Shown here in pieces: positions 24,862-36,209 of a DNA stretch of 64,000 nt (its first letter is position 1; each line of letters begins with the position of its first letter). The notes under the pieces were generated by a model that was not told the DNA's origin, did no database searches, and saw nothing but the letters and a program-made list of their open reading frames with translations. A program made the position numbers and the translations under genes. Source of the DNA: Carcharhinus amblyrhynchos (Eukaryota); the NCBI GenBank assembly GCA_965287045.1, contig OZ336878.1:58094001-58158000 (forward strand), in the 5' to 3' direction.

Positions 24862-26240
24862 CTAGAGGTAGTTCATCTTGGTGATGGGTGATTGGTTGTC
24901 AGTGGAAGCAAGTATGGCTTCATGCATTTTTTTGATTGGTGCATGTTGCACCATGCCTTGTCGGTCAGATTGCTGCAGCGGTGGTTTCACACTGAGAATG
25001 ATGGTCGTGTTTTTGTATGTGGACAAAAGTAATATCTGTCCAGCTGTCAATTGTGTCCCTTTTTTTCTGCCTTTTCCAATATCTGGAAGCTTTCTGGTGT
25101 TATGGGGAACTGTCCAGTGGAAGGACTGTAGAGGTAGCTCACCTTTTGTTGATAGCAGCTCAACACAAAAGCTACCTGGATCGAGTAAACTATGTGGTTT
25201 TGTCATATGGCTGGTATCTGCTTCACTTGCCATTCCCCGTTCTTGATATTCTTTGTACACTTCTTTGGGAGCGCAAGATTGTTTTAAGGTTCCTTCCAGA
25301 TGTGCAACTGTTTCTTTCAATGCTGCAGTCTTATTCTTGTACCTCTCAGCTTCCTGGAATGCTGAACATTCCTGAGTCCTGTGTGAACTGGATCATTAGT
25401 TCATTCAGGGTGGCAGTTATATCCTGTTTCATAATGTTTCCAAGGGACAAACTCAGACATGAGGGATCCTTGTGTTGTGTGAAGGTCGCAACAGGTTTTA
25501 TTTTTCACTGTGAAGCTCACGTACTTTGTTTTCAGACTTGTAATTTAGTAGTCTCATAGAGTTTGTTCTGCCATTCTGTAGTCAAGCTGTTCTATATTTC
25601 TTCATGTTGCTGAAGGACATTGAGCTGTGCTTGAATCTGTTCTTGAAGGACAAATAACTTATCTTTCAATTGTTTATTTTCACTTTCAGCTCTTATGTGC
25701 TGAAGCTGTGCATATCTGAGTACCTATATCTATAATGTCTGAGTCTTCCGACAGGCATAAATCAGCTGGGGTTCTGGCTAGTGGTGTTTCTAGCTTTTCA
25801 TTGGCTTTCTGGTTATCTTTTATCACTCTTGAAGCTCTGTTCATGCTGCAGCTGAGAATTAAAATATTAGTGAAAGGTTGTTAATATTTTATTCAAGGAC
25901 TCGTTGATGGACTGCATTAGGAAAACATTGTCTGGAACTTTATAAACCATTGCTTTCACCATGTAGGCTGCTGGCTGCTATCTCTGCTTCGTTAAAGCTG
26001 TTTCCACAGAGATTCAGTGGTGATTCTAGCTTGAGCTTAATTTCTGCCTTTGTTTCCACTGCCAGAATCCTGTGTCTCTGAAGCTCTTCAGATGAGTTTT
26101 CTTAGCTTCTTGATTGAGGTTGTTTCAGAGCAGAAATTCGTTGCTGGTATCCTTTTCTTGATTTCTTCAGTCTTTTTACAGAGGATGTGGATTTTGATCC
26201 TCCGATGTCCCTATGTTTTGGTGCATTGTTGCTATCCATG
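24862..26240 (-). pseudogene. Decayed coiled-coil protein-coding relic, UACA/RAI14/ANKRD24-family-like
   Basis: Pieces across frameshifts and stops: ENKQLKDKLFVLQEQIQAQLNVLQQHEEI*NSLTTEWQNKLYE; DLHTTQGSLMSEFVPWKHYE; MKQDITATLNELMIQFTQ; RTQECSAFQEAERYKNKTAALKETVAHLEGTLKQSCAPKEVYKEYQE. Heptad-rich, with xVPxxxxE motifs recalled from UACA. Confidence 0.5.
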
Positions 26241-26289
26241 GTATATACTGCTTAGACATTACTAAGAATGTTTTATTAACTACATACAT

Positions 26290-28290
26290 ATGTGTCAGAT
26301 ACAGGTATGGAAAGGATCCCAGGGCATGGAGTTGCATGTTGTTCCCTAATTCTACGCAGCTTTGATATCTTGGTCATGTTCTTCCTTACATCACTAGTGG
26401 GCGGTATTGTACTGTGGGGCACCAAGGCTAGATTGGCCACATACACTGGGAAGCCCTTATGTATTGTTGGGACCACTGTAATCCCACGTGTAACGCATGG
26501 GCAACAGACAGTCCGATCCCCCCTAATAATTACGCAAGGAGCAAGGCCCACCCTTTTGGGAAAGGTCAGACTCCAGAAAATCTGCCTAGACTGGCAACGG
26601 ATCTTTAAAATGGGTAATGGCAGTTTAAACAAAGTCATTGGGAAATATCCCAAAGAGCTCCAAGAAGGTCTTGGGAAGATTAAAGGCACTAGGGCCAAGA
26701 TCTACTTGGATCCAGAGGCTCAACCCAAATACATCAAGCATGGCCAGACCTCTGTGCCCTACATTGCAAAGTAGGGGCTGAATTGGAACATCTAAATGGA
26801 ACTTGGCATTATATACCCAGTATAATTTCCTGAATGGGCTGTACCCGTTGTCAGTTTTAAAACCTGACAATTTGGTCTATTTCTGTGGGGATTATAAATT
26901 GATGGCCAACAGAGCCTCTTGTTTGGACAGAGACCTATGCCACGCAAAGCTGGCTAAGTGTCACATATTTTCCAAATTAGACAAATTAGAATTGGAGCTT
27001 GAGGTGTCATCCAGGAAGTATGTTAGCATAAATACTTACAAAGGACTCTGAGTATACCCATTAACTCTTTAGGGTGTCTTTGGCTTGTGCCATTTTTCAA
27101 AGGGTGTTGGAGAACATGGATGACATTTTAACCTCAGGAGTTACTACATTTGAACATTGAGTGTTTGGTGGAGGTCTTACAGCTTTTTCAGACGCTGGCA
27201 TTCAATTATAAGGAGAGTATGTGTTCCAGACCAATGAGGTAATGTACCTTGGGTACAGAGTTGACAAGGATGGATTCCATGCTGTTGAAGAGAAATTGAA
27301 GACCATAAAAGGAGCTCCAACTCCAAGGAATACAGCTGAGTTGGTGTCTTTCCTAGGTCTCATAAATTACTGTGAAAAATTCATACTGAACTTGGCTACC
27401 CAGCTGGCACCCCTCGCATGCTATTAAAAGAATCAGAAATGGTCATGACAAATGCCACAAGAGAAAGCCTTTGCAAACATCAAACAACAATTGCTGTCAA
27501 CAAATATACTAGTCCATTAAGGATCCCTGAGGCAATGGATTGAAGAGATATTATCGCATCACGAACCCTGGTGAATGCAAACAGGAAGCATGTCCAGATC
27601 AAAAAAGGTTTGGCCGTGGTGTGCAAGGTGAGAAAATTCCACCAGTTAATCTGTAGTCAGCATTCATCATAGTGATTGATCACAAACTTCTGTTCAGCCT
27701 CGTCAAGAAAGACAAATTATTCCTCTTGTCATATCTGCCCAGATCCAAAGCTGGTTACTGTTATTAGATGCCTATGAATAAACCTTAGAACATTGCCCAT
27801 GGTGACATATGGCGAACATGGATGTCTTGATTTGGTTGCCGCTGCCCACCACCCTATCTCCTCCTCTGAAGATTGATGAAGACATTATGACTCCGAACTT
27901 CATGGACACTTCGCCAGTAACTGCCAAGCAAATCCAGGCATAGACTGCAAAGGACCCACATTGGTGAAACTACGTCAAATCATCTTAAATGGTGGACTAC
28001 AAGGGCATCGTCCAGAGGATTTTGAAACCTTATCTAAATATCAGGAGTTTAGCATAGATGATGGCATCATTTTGTGGGGAGTCTGGGGGTTGTCCCACAT
28101 CCAGATCAGTGACCAATACTTCTAGAGTTGCACAGTGGCCACCCAGGAACTATGTCTGGTGGCCTGGCATAGACAGTGATATCAAAAACCTGGTCAGGTG
28201 GTGCAAGACTTGCCAGGAATACTAGAAGATCTCACCAGCAGTCTTGTTGCACCCTTGGAAATGGCTGGGGAAACCCTGGGTGTGAGTATA
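26290..28290 (+). mobile_element. Ty3/Gypsy LTR-retrotransposon pol relic (PR-RT-RH-IN order), no LTRs seen
   Basis: Protease tail LATYTGKPL..PTLLGKV; RT motifs CGDYKL..NR, INTYKGL and YLGYRVDKDG..FLGLINY; RNase H-region IVIDHKLL; integrase Zn-finger start LELHSGHPG. Many stops and frameshifts. Confidence 0.9.
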
Positions 28291-28953
28291 TGTAGACTCC
28301 CTCCCCACATTGTACTCCACACTACCATTGTTGGTTTTTCAGCAACTCTCCCTCTTCCTTCAGTGCTTCTGTTTCTTATCAGACACCTTCTCCCTCTCCT
28401 CAGTTCAACCTGACACTCCTATCCACCTACATCTAGTACACAATAAAGCACTTCTTTCTCATCAACTTTCCCACCTTCCTGATCCAAACTGGATCTCTCT
28501 TTTCCTTGGCTGTAGCAGTTTCTTTCCTTTTCAAATCCTTTAATTGAAGCTGGCATTCTTCTATCCTCCTCCCATCTTTCCATTCCTTCCTCTTATTTAC
28601 ATTGTTGCTAATTTCTCCTCTCTAACTTCCTTGAGTTCCTTCCACTCCAAGTCTGTTATCCTGCTGCTACAAATCAAACCAAATCTCCCTGTTATTACCA
28701 CTGAATGATGATGATTATTATGATCCTGGTGCCTGTGTACTTTAAGCATGGTTGAATATTTTCACAAGAATTCCTGTGTATATATTGTGCTATGGAAGGA
28801 ATAGATTAAATTCAGCACATATAATACCCATTTTTGACAATATTGGAAGAAAATATTGCTTTCTAGTGATAAAACAGTATAAAATCGATATTATGGAACA
28901 TGACGAAAGCTTAGCTGGAACTTAAGTTTCTTCTCTTATTTTCTTAATTCTAG

Positions 28954-29047
28954 TCTGCAACTCAGAGATGTGATTCAAAAGATGCAGGAGTGGTTGTTGG
29001 CACTCTTTAAGATGATAATCCACATGGACACCAAGCTCTCAAAGCAG
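28954..29047 (+). CDS. AXDND1: AXDND1-like internal coding exon (94 nt, phase 2/0)
   Basis: Long pyrimidine tract ending ttctag, donor CAG|gtaagc. Translates (S)LQLRDVIQKMQEWLLALFKMIIHMDTKLSKQ; compare recalled human LQAYIFNMIQQWLLKI. Confidence 0.88.
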
Positions 29048-29224
29048 GTAAGCCACAGGACTATACTCATTTAATGAAGAAATGCTGCAGAGGGACCTTA
29101 TCATTGAGGAGATTGGCTACAGAGTTGTCTACAGTGTGAAGAATCTGGTTATAGGAAAAGGGAGTCTGCAGATTCTGACTGGAAGCAAGAAGACTGATTT
29201 CAGTGTCAAGTTTGGATGCATAAT

Positions 29225-30060
29225 GTTTACAACATAGCAACAGACCATTTGGACACATAGGTCCATTTGGTGGTGCTGTTCCAAGTGAACTTCCTCCTAC
29301 CCTTCATTAGCATATCCAACTATTCCTTTTTCTTTTGTGACTATCTAGCCTCTTCTGAAATGCACCCATACTAATTGCCTCAACTATTCATAATTTTTGA
29401 TTTGATTTATTATTGTCACATATATTGGTATACAGTGAAAAGTATTGTTTCTTGCATGCTATGCAGACAAAGCATACCGTTCATAGAGAAGGAAATGAGA
29501 GTGCAGAATGTGATGTTACAGTCACTGCTTGGGTGTAGAAAAAGATCAATTTAATATAAGGAAGGTCTATTCAAAAGTCTGATGGCAGCAGGGAAGAAGC
29601 TGTTCTTGAGTCACAGGTGTGAAGGTGACTTCAGCATTCTAACTATTATCAGATTACATATGTTTCTCCCAAATTCCCAATTTAATTTATTAATGACTTG
29701 TGGTCCAGTTCTGGTCTCTCTCCCAAGTAGAAATATCTCTACTTCTATCCTATTAGACCCTTTCATAACCTTAAACAACTCTATTAGACCTAGAGAAAAA
29801 AAATCAGCTAGTTCAAATTCTCCTGGTCAGAATAACTTTTCAGTTTTGATGTCATTTTAGTAATTTTTTTCACCTTGATCAATGCTTCAACATTTAAAAT
29901 ATGGAGACAACATCTGTCCACAGGACGCCAAATGTGGTCCAACGGAGGTTCTACGCAAGTTTGACATGGATTCTTTGCTTTTCAATCATATTCATCTAGG
30001 AATGAAATTCAGTTGTCATAAGGCCTTTCATCGAGACTTTTACTGTATTGTGAATCTTCA
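29225..30060 (-). mobile_element. Old CR1 3' fragment, interrupted by a Rex1 3' end
   Basis: Decayed CR1 3' sequence on both sides of 29396-29612. Confidence 0.6.
29396..29612 (-). mobile_element. Rex1/Babar LINE 3' end
   Basis: Reverse complement of the 3' end at 42405-42622: (tttga)n tail, cagtgaaaagtattgtttcttgcatgctat, gggaagaagctgttcttgagt. Confidence 0.85.
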
Positions 30061-30939
30061 GATACCTTTGCTTTAGTTCATTTGTGTGTGTCACAAGTAG
30101 GCTTACATTAACATTGTAATGAAATTACTGTGACACTTAAGGCAGAGTTTTAACGTGCAAGATTGGATATGTTTGAGAGGTAAGGGGGTTGGGCCCAATG
30201 TTGGAAGGAGTTGATTAAATTTTCCAAAAATGGTGACATATAAGAGATCTGACATGTTTCTGCTTACTTTTGTCTTTGGCTGCATTTGGCATGTTCAGGA
30301 AACATTCATAGGGGATGTCGAATCTATCATTTGAAAATGTAAGGAGGCAACTAATTCTGAATTTAATCCAGCATTTTGGCTTAACAGACAGCACATGATG
30401 AGTCTCTGAAACTGTGTGAATCTTGCCAGGGTCAACAAGGCAAGTGCACAATGGTGACTGATTACTCTGAAATTGACAGGCTGGAAACCTTTAAAGACTG
30501 AAAGAGCACAACTGCTTTCTTGTCTAGGTGAGAGGGATGGCATTTCTGCCATCTTAAACTTTACTCACCTTCATCTGCACTTCCTACTGCCAACTTCAGT
30601 GCGATGTGGGAGCAACTTATGCAGCTATATCTTGGAATTTTGACCTGCAACGGGAGCAACACTGGAGGCCACAACAGCTGACTTTTCCTCAGCCACATGC
30701 TGTTTCATAAGAGGATGGATCACAGAGATCTGGCTCAAATGAAGTGATGCTCCAAACACAGGATATATAGGCAAAGGATCCGCTTTGTCAACATGACTGA
30801 GCAACAATGCCTCAGGAAAATCAGAGTTTGGTGGCAGGTCAATGCTGTCATCTGCAGCCTCCGGGAACAAGACTTCCTTTCTAGTGGACCATGTAACATG
30901 CATTGGCAGTGAATGTCAAGGTCACTACAACCTTGAATT

Positions 30940-31721
30940 TCTTTGCCCCTTGTTCTTTCCAGGTATCTGTTGATGGCATCTGCAGAATTTCACAATCCTT
31001 CACAATCTACTGCACACAAATTCATTTCTCATTTGATTGATGCTATGTTTGTTACTTACGTCCACTTTGCTACTGACAAGGCTAGTCAGAACCAGAGGGC
31101 TCTTTGGGTTTCTGCAGTGGCTGGTTTCTAATAGATCTTTACGATCAAGGCACCCTTGGATTACTCAGCAGTCTATGCTAATTGGAAGGGATTCAATTCT
31201 CCCATTCTGTCAGTGTTCAGTTAGGATGTGATCATCAGAGGGTGTTCATGCATGTCTGTGCAAGAAGTGCTGGAAGCTGTCGTTGATTCTTTCATTCTCT
31301 GACAGTCTCATCTCCAAGGAGAGTGAGCAGCAGATTCCTTGGAGACAGGAGCTACCATCTGAGGACATAGCTTTTGGTAACAGTGAGGATTCCTACCACT
31401 GCTGCTGAGGAAAGATACAACTGGAGGCACATTAGCATGACAACGTTCATTGGACAGGCCGTTGGTTTGTTGAAGATGCAGTTCAGGTGTTTGAACAGAT
31501 TTACAGGCACTCTTAAGCAAGATTCCGGAATGGTAGTTGTCTACTGTGCCTTGTGCAATATTGCGCTGCAGAGAAAACTGGTGCTCCAGGAAGTGAAAAG
31601 TGAGAACTTCTCTGATGAGGAGGAGAAAGAACAGGTTGAATTGGAGCCTGATTCGGCTAGGTTACATGCAGCCACTCATCCAGCTGTCAGAAAAGCCCAT
31701 GACAGACTCATTCATTTATAG
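30940..31721 (+). mobile_element. PIF/Harbinger (HARBI1-type) DDE transposase relic
   Basis: SQSTAHKFISHLIDAMF, then AEERYNWRHISMTTFIGQAVGLLKMQFRCL..VVYCALCNIAL and an acidic tail. This matches the HARBI1-type pattern ExxYNxxHxxxRxxIExxFGxLKxRFRCL...CxxLHN. Confidence 0.85.
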
Positions 31722-32115
31722 TTCAAATAGCCTGCATTTCAGCCTTATGGCACAAAATGCTGAATTCACTGACCCACAATGCAACTCAGATTATTCCGCA
31801 ATTAACAGTCCCTCTGCCTTATTTGTATCCTTTGCTGATCTTCCATTCTGATCATACTGATATTGTAAAGGCTAGTGTCCACTTGAAAGGCAGGAGGCAA
31901 CAATAGAGATGACTGCACGATGGTTTCTTGAATTAGAAGTGCATGATCAATTTATATTTTCAATTAAAAATGTATTATTGTTATAATCATCCCAATAAAT
32001 CCCATGTGTAATTAAAGTCTTTATTTTTCAATACTTCTTTGGTGTGGTCCCTCTATTTCTCAGTAGAGCTAAAGGCAGGCTGCTGTTATTCCTGATGGGC
32101 ATCAATGATGCTACT

Positions 32116-32936
32116 GTACCTTTAAGAAATATATTTTAATCATGTTGTCTGCAGTTATAAGCAGACGCCGAGCTGTTTGTCCTTTTATTGTTGCTAGAGC
32201 CATGTGATTGGCTTTTTGTTTATTTTTAATTTGGGTCTAATGCAATCTCCTGGCATTTTACAAGTTTACGACCCTTTAGGATTGTTGGGGGAAGAATGAT
32301 TGACTGGTCATGTGGAAAAAGTTCTTTACTTTCAGTTTTTGCTGCTGGCTAGTTAGAAGCTGTTGAATTCCAGATTGAAAGCAGTATTTCTGTGTCCCTC
32401 CTCGGTATTAGAAATCCTGTTGTCTAATTAGAAGCAGTCTTTCTTGCCTTTCTGGTGTAAAGATTTTGCTGTCGGTGATTTACTAGCTTGAGGCAAGTAG
32501 TAGCTCTATCTCTACCTCAACGTGGTAGAGGTAGAGCTACAGGGTGGGGAAGCCAGTTTCAGTTCTCCATCCAAAGGACTAATTCCCAGCAGTTGTTGCA
32601 GAGCTGCAAATTCTGTGCTATTTTCTGTGCTAACTTGAGAACGGGGATGTATTTTGATAACAATGTTTTGCTGAAGAACAGTACATTGAGCTGTTAAATT
32701 TTATATATCATTGTTGCTTTTTTTCTTGTTTGTAATTGGTAAAAATTCTTGCTAAGTTTGTTTTTGTGTTAACTGTATTTTTAAATTTTGTTTGATAAAT
32801 GTTTCCTTGTGGGACACTTGAATCATACTTGGAGTGAAACATCTTATGCTTACCTGTGCCAAAATTCAAAGTGCAAAACTTATGGTTTAGGCTGACTTCA
32901 TAAAACACCTTGGAGTTTCTGACCTGGATAATAACA
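32116..32936 (+). mobile_element. Probable solo LTR
   Basis: TGTACC...TAACA termini. The 3' end (ggctgacttcataaaacacc..ctggataataaca) resembles 58700-58743. No convincing TSD. Confidence 0.5.
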
Positions 32937-33061
32937 CATTTTAGCTGTCTGAATTGGGGTATCCGATAGGTTTTGGGGCCCCCAAAAACCCCATCAAGGA
33001 CAACCCTACCTGCACCAGTGCAAGGCAGGAAAGCAGCATTCTGGACTTTGACTGTGGTTTG

Positions 33062-33280
33062 AGGGCAAGGTGTGAAAAGTAGAAGCACAATGAACAGAGC
33101 TCTGACTCGAGTGACCAATCTCCTGACACAAGCAACAACCTTCTGATGAAACCCAGCCTAACCCTTACCGATAAGGGCAAGGTATGAGAAGTAGAAGCAC
33201 AATGAATAGAGCTCCGACTCGAGTGACAATCTCCTGATACAACCAACAGCTTTCTGATGCAACCCAACCTAGCTTTACCT
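33062..33280. repeat. Tandem duplication, two ~112-bp units
   Basis: agggcaaggt(g/a)tga(a/g)aagtagaagcacaatgaa(c/t)agagctc(t/c)gactcgagtgac... begins at 33062 and again at 33174. Confidence 0.85.
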
Positions 33281-34756
33281 AGGTCCCAACTGGAACCTTC
33301 AACCCTGGTGTCCAGACTCATTCCCTCTGATGTTCGGACCCTCCACCCAGCCCCCAGAGTCCTGATACTCCCCTGCAAATGTCAGAACCTACCCATTCCT
33401 ACATACCATTCAATTATCTTAGAACTTACCTCTGCCCTTTCAATGGAATCTTTAAACTCGCCTGCTTTTAAATCAGCTAGTGCTGGACCATGTCCTCCCT
33501 TGCTCCTTTTGCACTCTGTTGCTGGAGCCAGGGCAATTTGCTTCTTGAGTCTCACCTGACCTGAGTCAATCTGGGTGATGTAGGTGCTTTCCATTAGCAG
33601 ATAATTGGAAATTTACCAATGATTAGCACTCTGAGGAAGTTATGGGTCTTTTAGTGTGAAATGTACACAATTATGGAATTTGAACCAGAAAATATTGCTA
33701 ACACTCACACTGCTCCATAATAAAAATATAGTTTGACTTGTGCAATCACTATAAATCAAGTAAGGGCCTGGGAGAGCTTTCATGCATGTGATGTTGTGGG
33801 ATGCATTATCAGAGATTTTGATTAGTCATTATTATCCTATCAACATTTATGAAAGGCTAGATTGGCTGTTGAAGGAAAGGGAAATAAGGAATTAAGGAAA
33901 CTTGCTAAAGGATTATAACTACTGTTCGCATGAAGGATAAGCACCAATATGACTGGTTTGACCAAATTTTTGAAAAGAGCAAGGGATATGATTAAGTGGA
34001 CGGCCGTTTCAGAGACCCAGCATAGATAGGATGGGTTAATTGGCTTCCTTTTGTGTTCTAACATTTTTTAATATATCCTTTGTTGCTATAAATTAATAGC
34101 CTCGATAAGATAGGTATTTTCTGGAAGCGTAGTATTTACTTTCTGCCATGCAGTTTCTGTTGTACCTTAGTTTTTATTCTTATTTGATTGTATTAAAATA
34201 AAATGGAAGTAACTTAAAACAGCACAATTACATGCCATCTTAATTTAAATGCAAATTGGTGGTGGTGATGTGAAAATAGCCCCATAGGATATCCATGAAA
34301 GACACTTAGAAGTCTGAGCTGCTCACAAACATCACTGTTTATTAGACAGAGCGTAATAAATTATCAAGGCCAGAGATTTACTGTGAGTGAATATGTCAAA
34401 TTCAATGACCTCTGAAGCTCTGAGAGAGATTCTCCAATGCATCTTTGATATATTGCCTAAATCTGACCCTAGGATCTTGGTGGTTATGACCCATTACATC
34501 ATGTTCTGGGTCTTTTGTACTTAAAAAATTGAATTATATGAGTGTGTTATTTTCATTTGAAAACATTAAATGGCTTGACTGCCCAGGTACTCTGGCTTAT
34601 ATGTTTTATGCTCCTGCCTCTTTTTTTCTGGTTACAATTTAAATCAACAAAATGTAACAAAAGGGTGACAAAATTATTATGGAAAAGCATGATGGAAAAA
34701 GAGTGACAAGCAATTGATAAAGTAAACACCAGACTTGGAGGAAATGCTAAATCTTT

Positions 34757-35077
34757 TTTGTTTTTATTCCAATTCAATCAAATCAAGTCCAATTCAGAGT
34801 CTCAACAAGTTGAGACATTCCTGATTCAAGTTGACAAGACAGGGCTCTCACCTCCTGGCTTGGGCTTGATCTACATGATCCAAGCTGATTGGAGTAGGCA
34901 TAACACCTCCTCCAGGGCTTGATCTCATTTGCATCTTAGCCAAAAGGCCGACATGCCACTTTTAAGAGTCGCTTCAAATGAAGATAAAATGTAACCAAAA
35001 GACTTCAACCAAGCACAGCATATCGATACTACACTTGACCTTAGCCAAAAGACTGAGAAGTGATGCCAGGAAGCGAG
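34757..35077 (-). mobile_element. U2 snRNA-headed short retroposon (SINEU-like), 321 bp, 14-bp TSD
   Basis: TSD aatgctaaatcttt at 34743-34756 and 35078-35091. The - strand 35064-35025 matches U2 nt 1-40 (36/40), and 34951-34933 matches U2 nt 9-27 (19/19). A-rich tail ttggaataaaaacaaa. Confidence 0.85.
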
Positions 35078-35140
35078 AATGCTAAATCTTTGATATATTT
35101 ATCCAGTTGAACCATATGCTTCTATTTCTTTATCATCCAG

Positions 35141-35331
35141 ATTCTCATTGTTCAAGGTGCAATGACCCACTTGTTAGTAGACCTATTACTCCAAATGGTG
35201 CACGATCCAATTGCTAACTTGAGAAAAAAACACTTCACACACCTATCGCATCCAGATACACCTGAAAAACTGGAGGAGAAAGCTCTAATGGTGGCTAGTC
35301 AGCTGAATATCTTGTCAACGCAAATGTATGG
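35141..35331 (+). CDS. AXDND1: AXDND1-like internal coding exon (191 nt, phase 0/2)
   Basis: Acceptor tttctttatcatccag, donor GG|gtaaga. Translates ILIVQGAMTHLLVDLLLQMVHDPIANLRKKHFTHLSHPDTPEKLEEKALMVASQLNILSTQMY(G); compare recalled human MIQWMVNLLILMIP...RLELDAIELTRKLYQYSSYL. Confidence 0.88.
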
Positions 35332-35989
35332 GTAAGATCAAAGTTTGCACTGAATTATAGAATCTTTCATCATTCAAAAATAATGAGGTTGTGTCTTAAA
35401 ATTAGACTTTACCGTGCAGACAAATATTTTGGAAAGAAAAAATGAGTATTGCATTTTCCATGACTCAGAAGTTCTCAAAGAATCTACAGCCAATAAGGTA
35501 CTTTTGGTGTTTAGTTATAGTTATATTGCAGGAAACCTGGGTCACTTTGCACACAATAAAGTCTTACAAACCAATTAAGTGAATGATCAGATCAACTGTT
35601 TTACGTTTGATTGAGGGATAAATATTGGCCAGGACAACAGGAGAATTCCTCAGCTCACTTTTGAATAGCCGCTTGTGTTCTTTTACATCAACCTTAAAGG
35701 CCAGATGGAACCACAGTTTGCCATTACTTTTGAAAGATGGCACCTTTGTCAGCAGTCCCTCAGTATCACACTGGAGTTTCAGTGTGCTCTTGGGTATCTG
35801 GAATGGGGCTAACATTAAATTTAAATAAAAGCAAAATACTGCAGATGCTGCAGTTCTAGAAATAAAAACAAAGTGCTGGAATAATTCAGCAACTGTGCAG
35901 GAAGAAACAGAGTAAATGCTTTGAGTCCAGATGCTGCAGATACAACAAATCTTGGTTCTGATTTTAACTTTCCAAACTGTCAGGTCCAC

Positions 35990-36209
35990 AACTTTAAATT
36001 TTTTTTTCTGTGCATGCGCAGTTGAAGGTGCCAGTCAGAGCTGCAGGGCTCTGTGCACATTGAGCCTTACCCACAGGCTTCTGCAGTGTGATTTGGAATC
36101 ATTGATGTTTTTGCAGGCAGTGTGTGTATGGGGTCTAAAAGTCGGATCGGAAACACTCCCAGTTTCAAGTCCACCCAGTATTTAGAATCAAAATGGTAAA
36201 ACAGGGCCC
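35990..36209. mobile_element. Terminal fragment of the same Harbinger-type MITE family as 38487-41908
   Basis: tgcatgcgcagtt...tgtgtgtatgggg...tttagaatcaaaatggtaaaacagggccc matches 41727-41908. Confidence 0.7.

Noticed and set aside
24878-25559. Overlapping + strand ORFs (122 and 180 aa) rich in Cys/Leu/Phe
   Set aside because: They are antisense shadows of the - strand coiled-coil relic.
35025-35064. Functional U2 snRNA gene
   Set aside because: Only nt 1-40 are present, with no Sm site or 3' stem-loops, and the segment lies inside a TSD-flanked insert.
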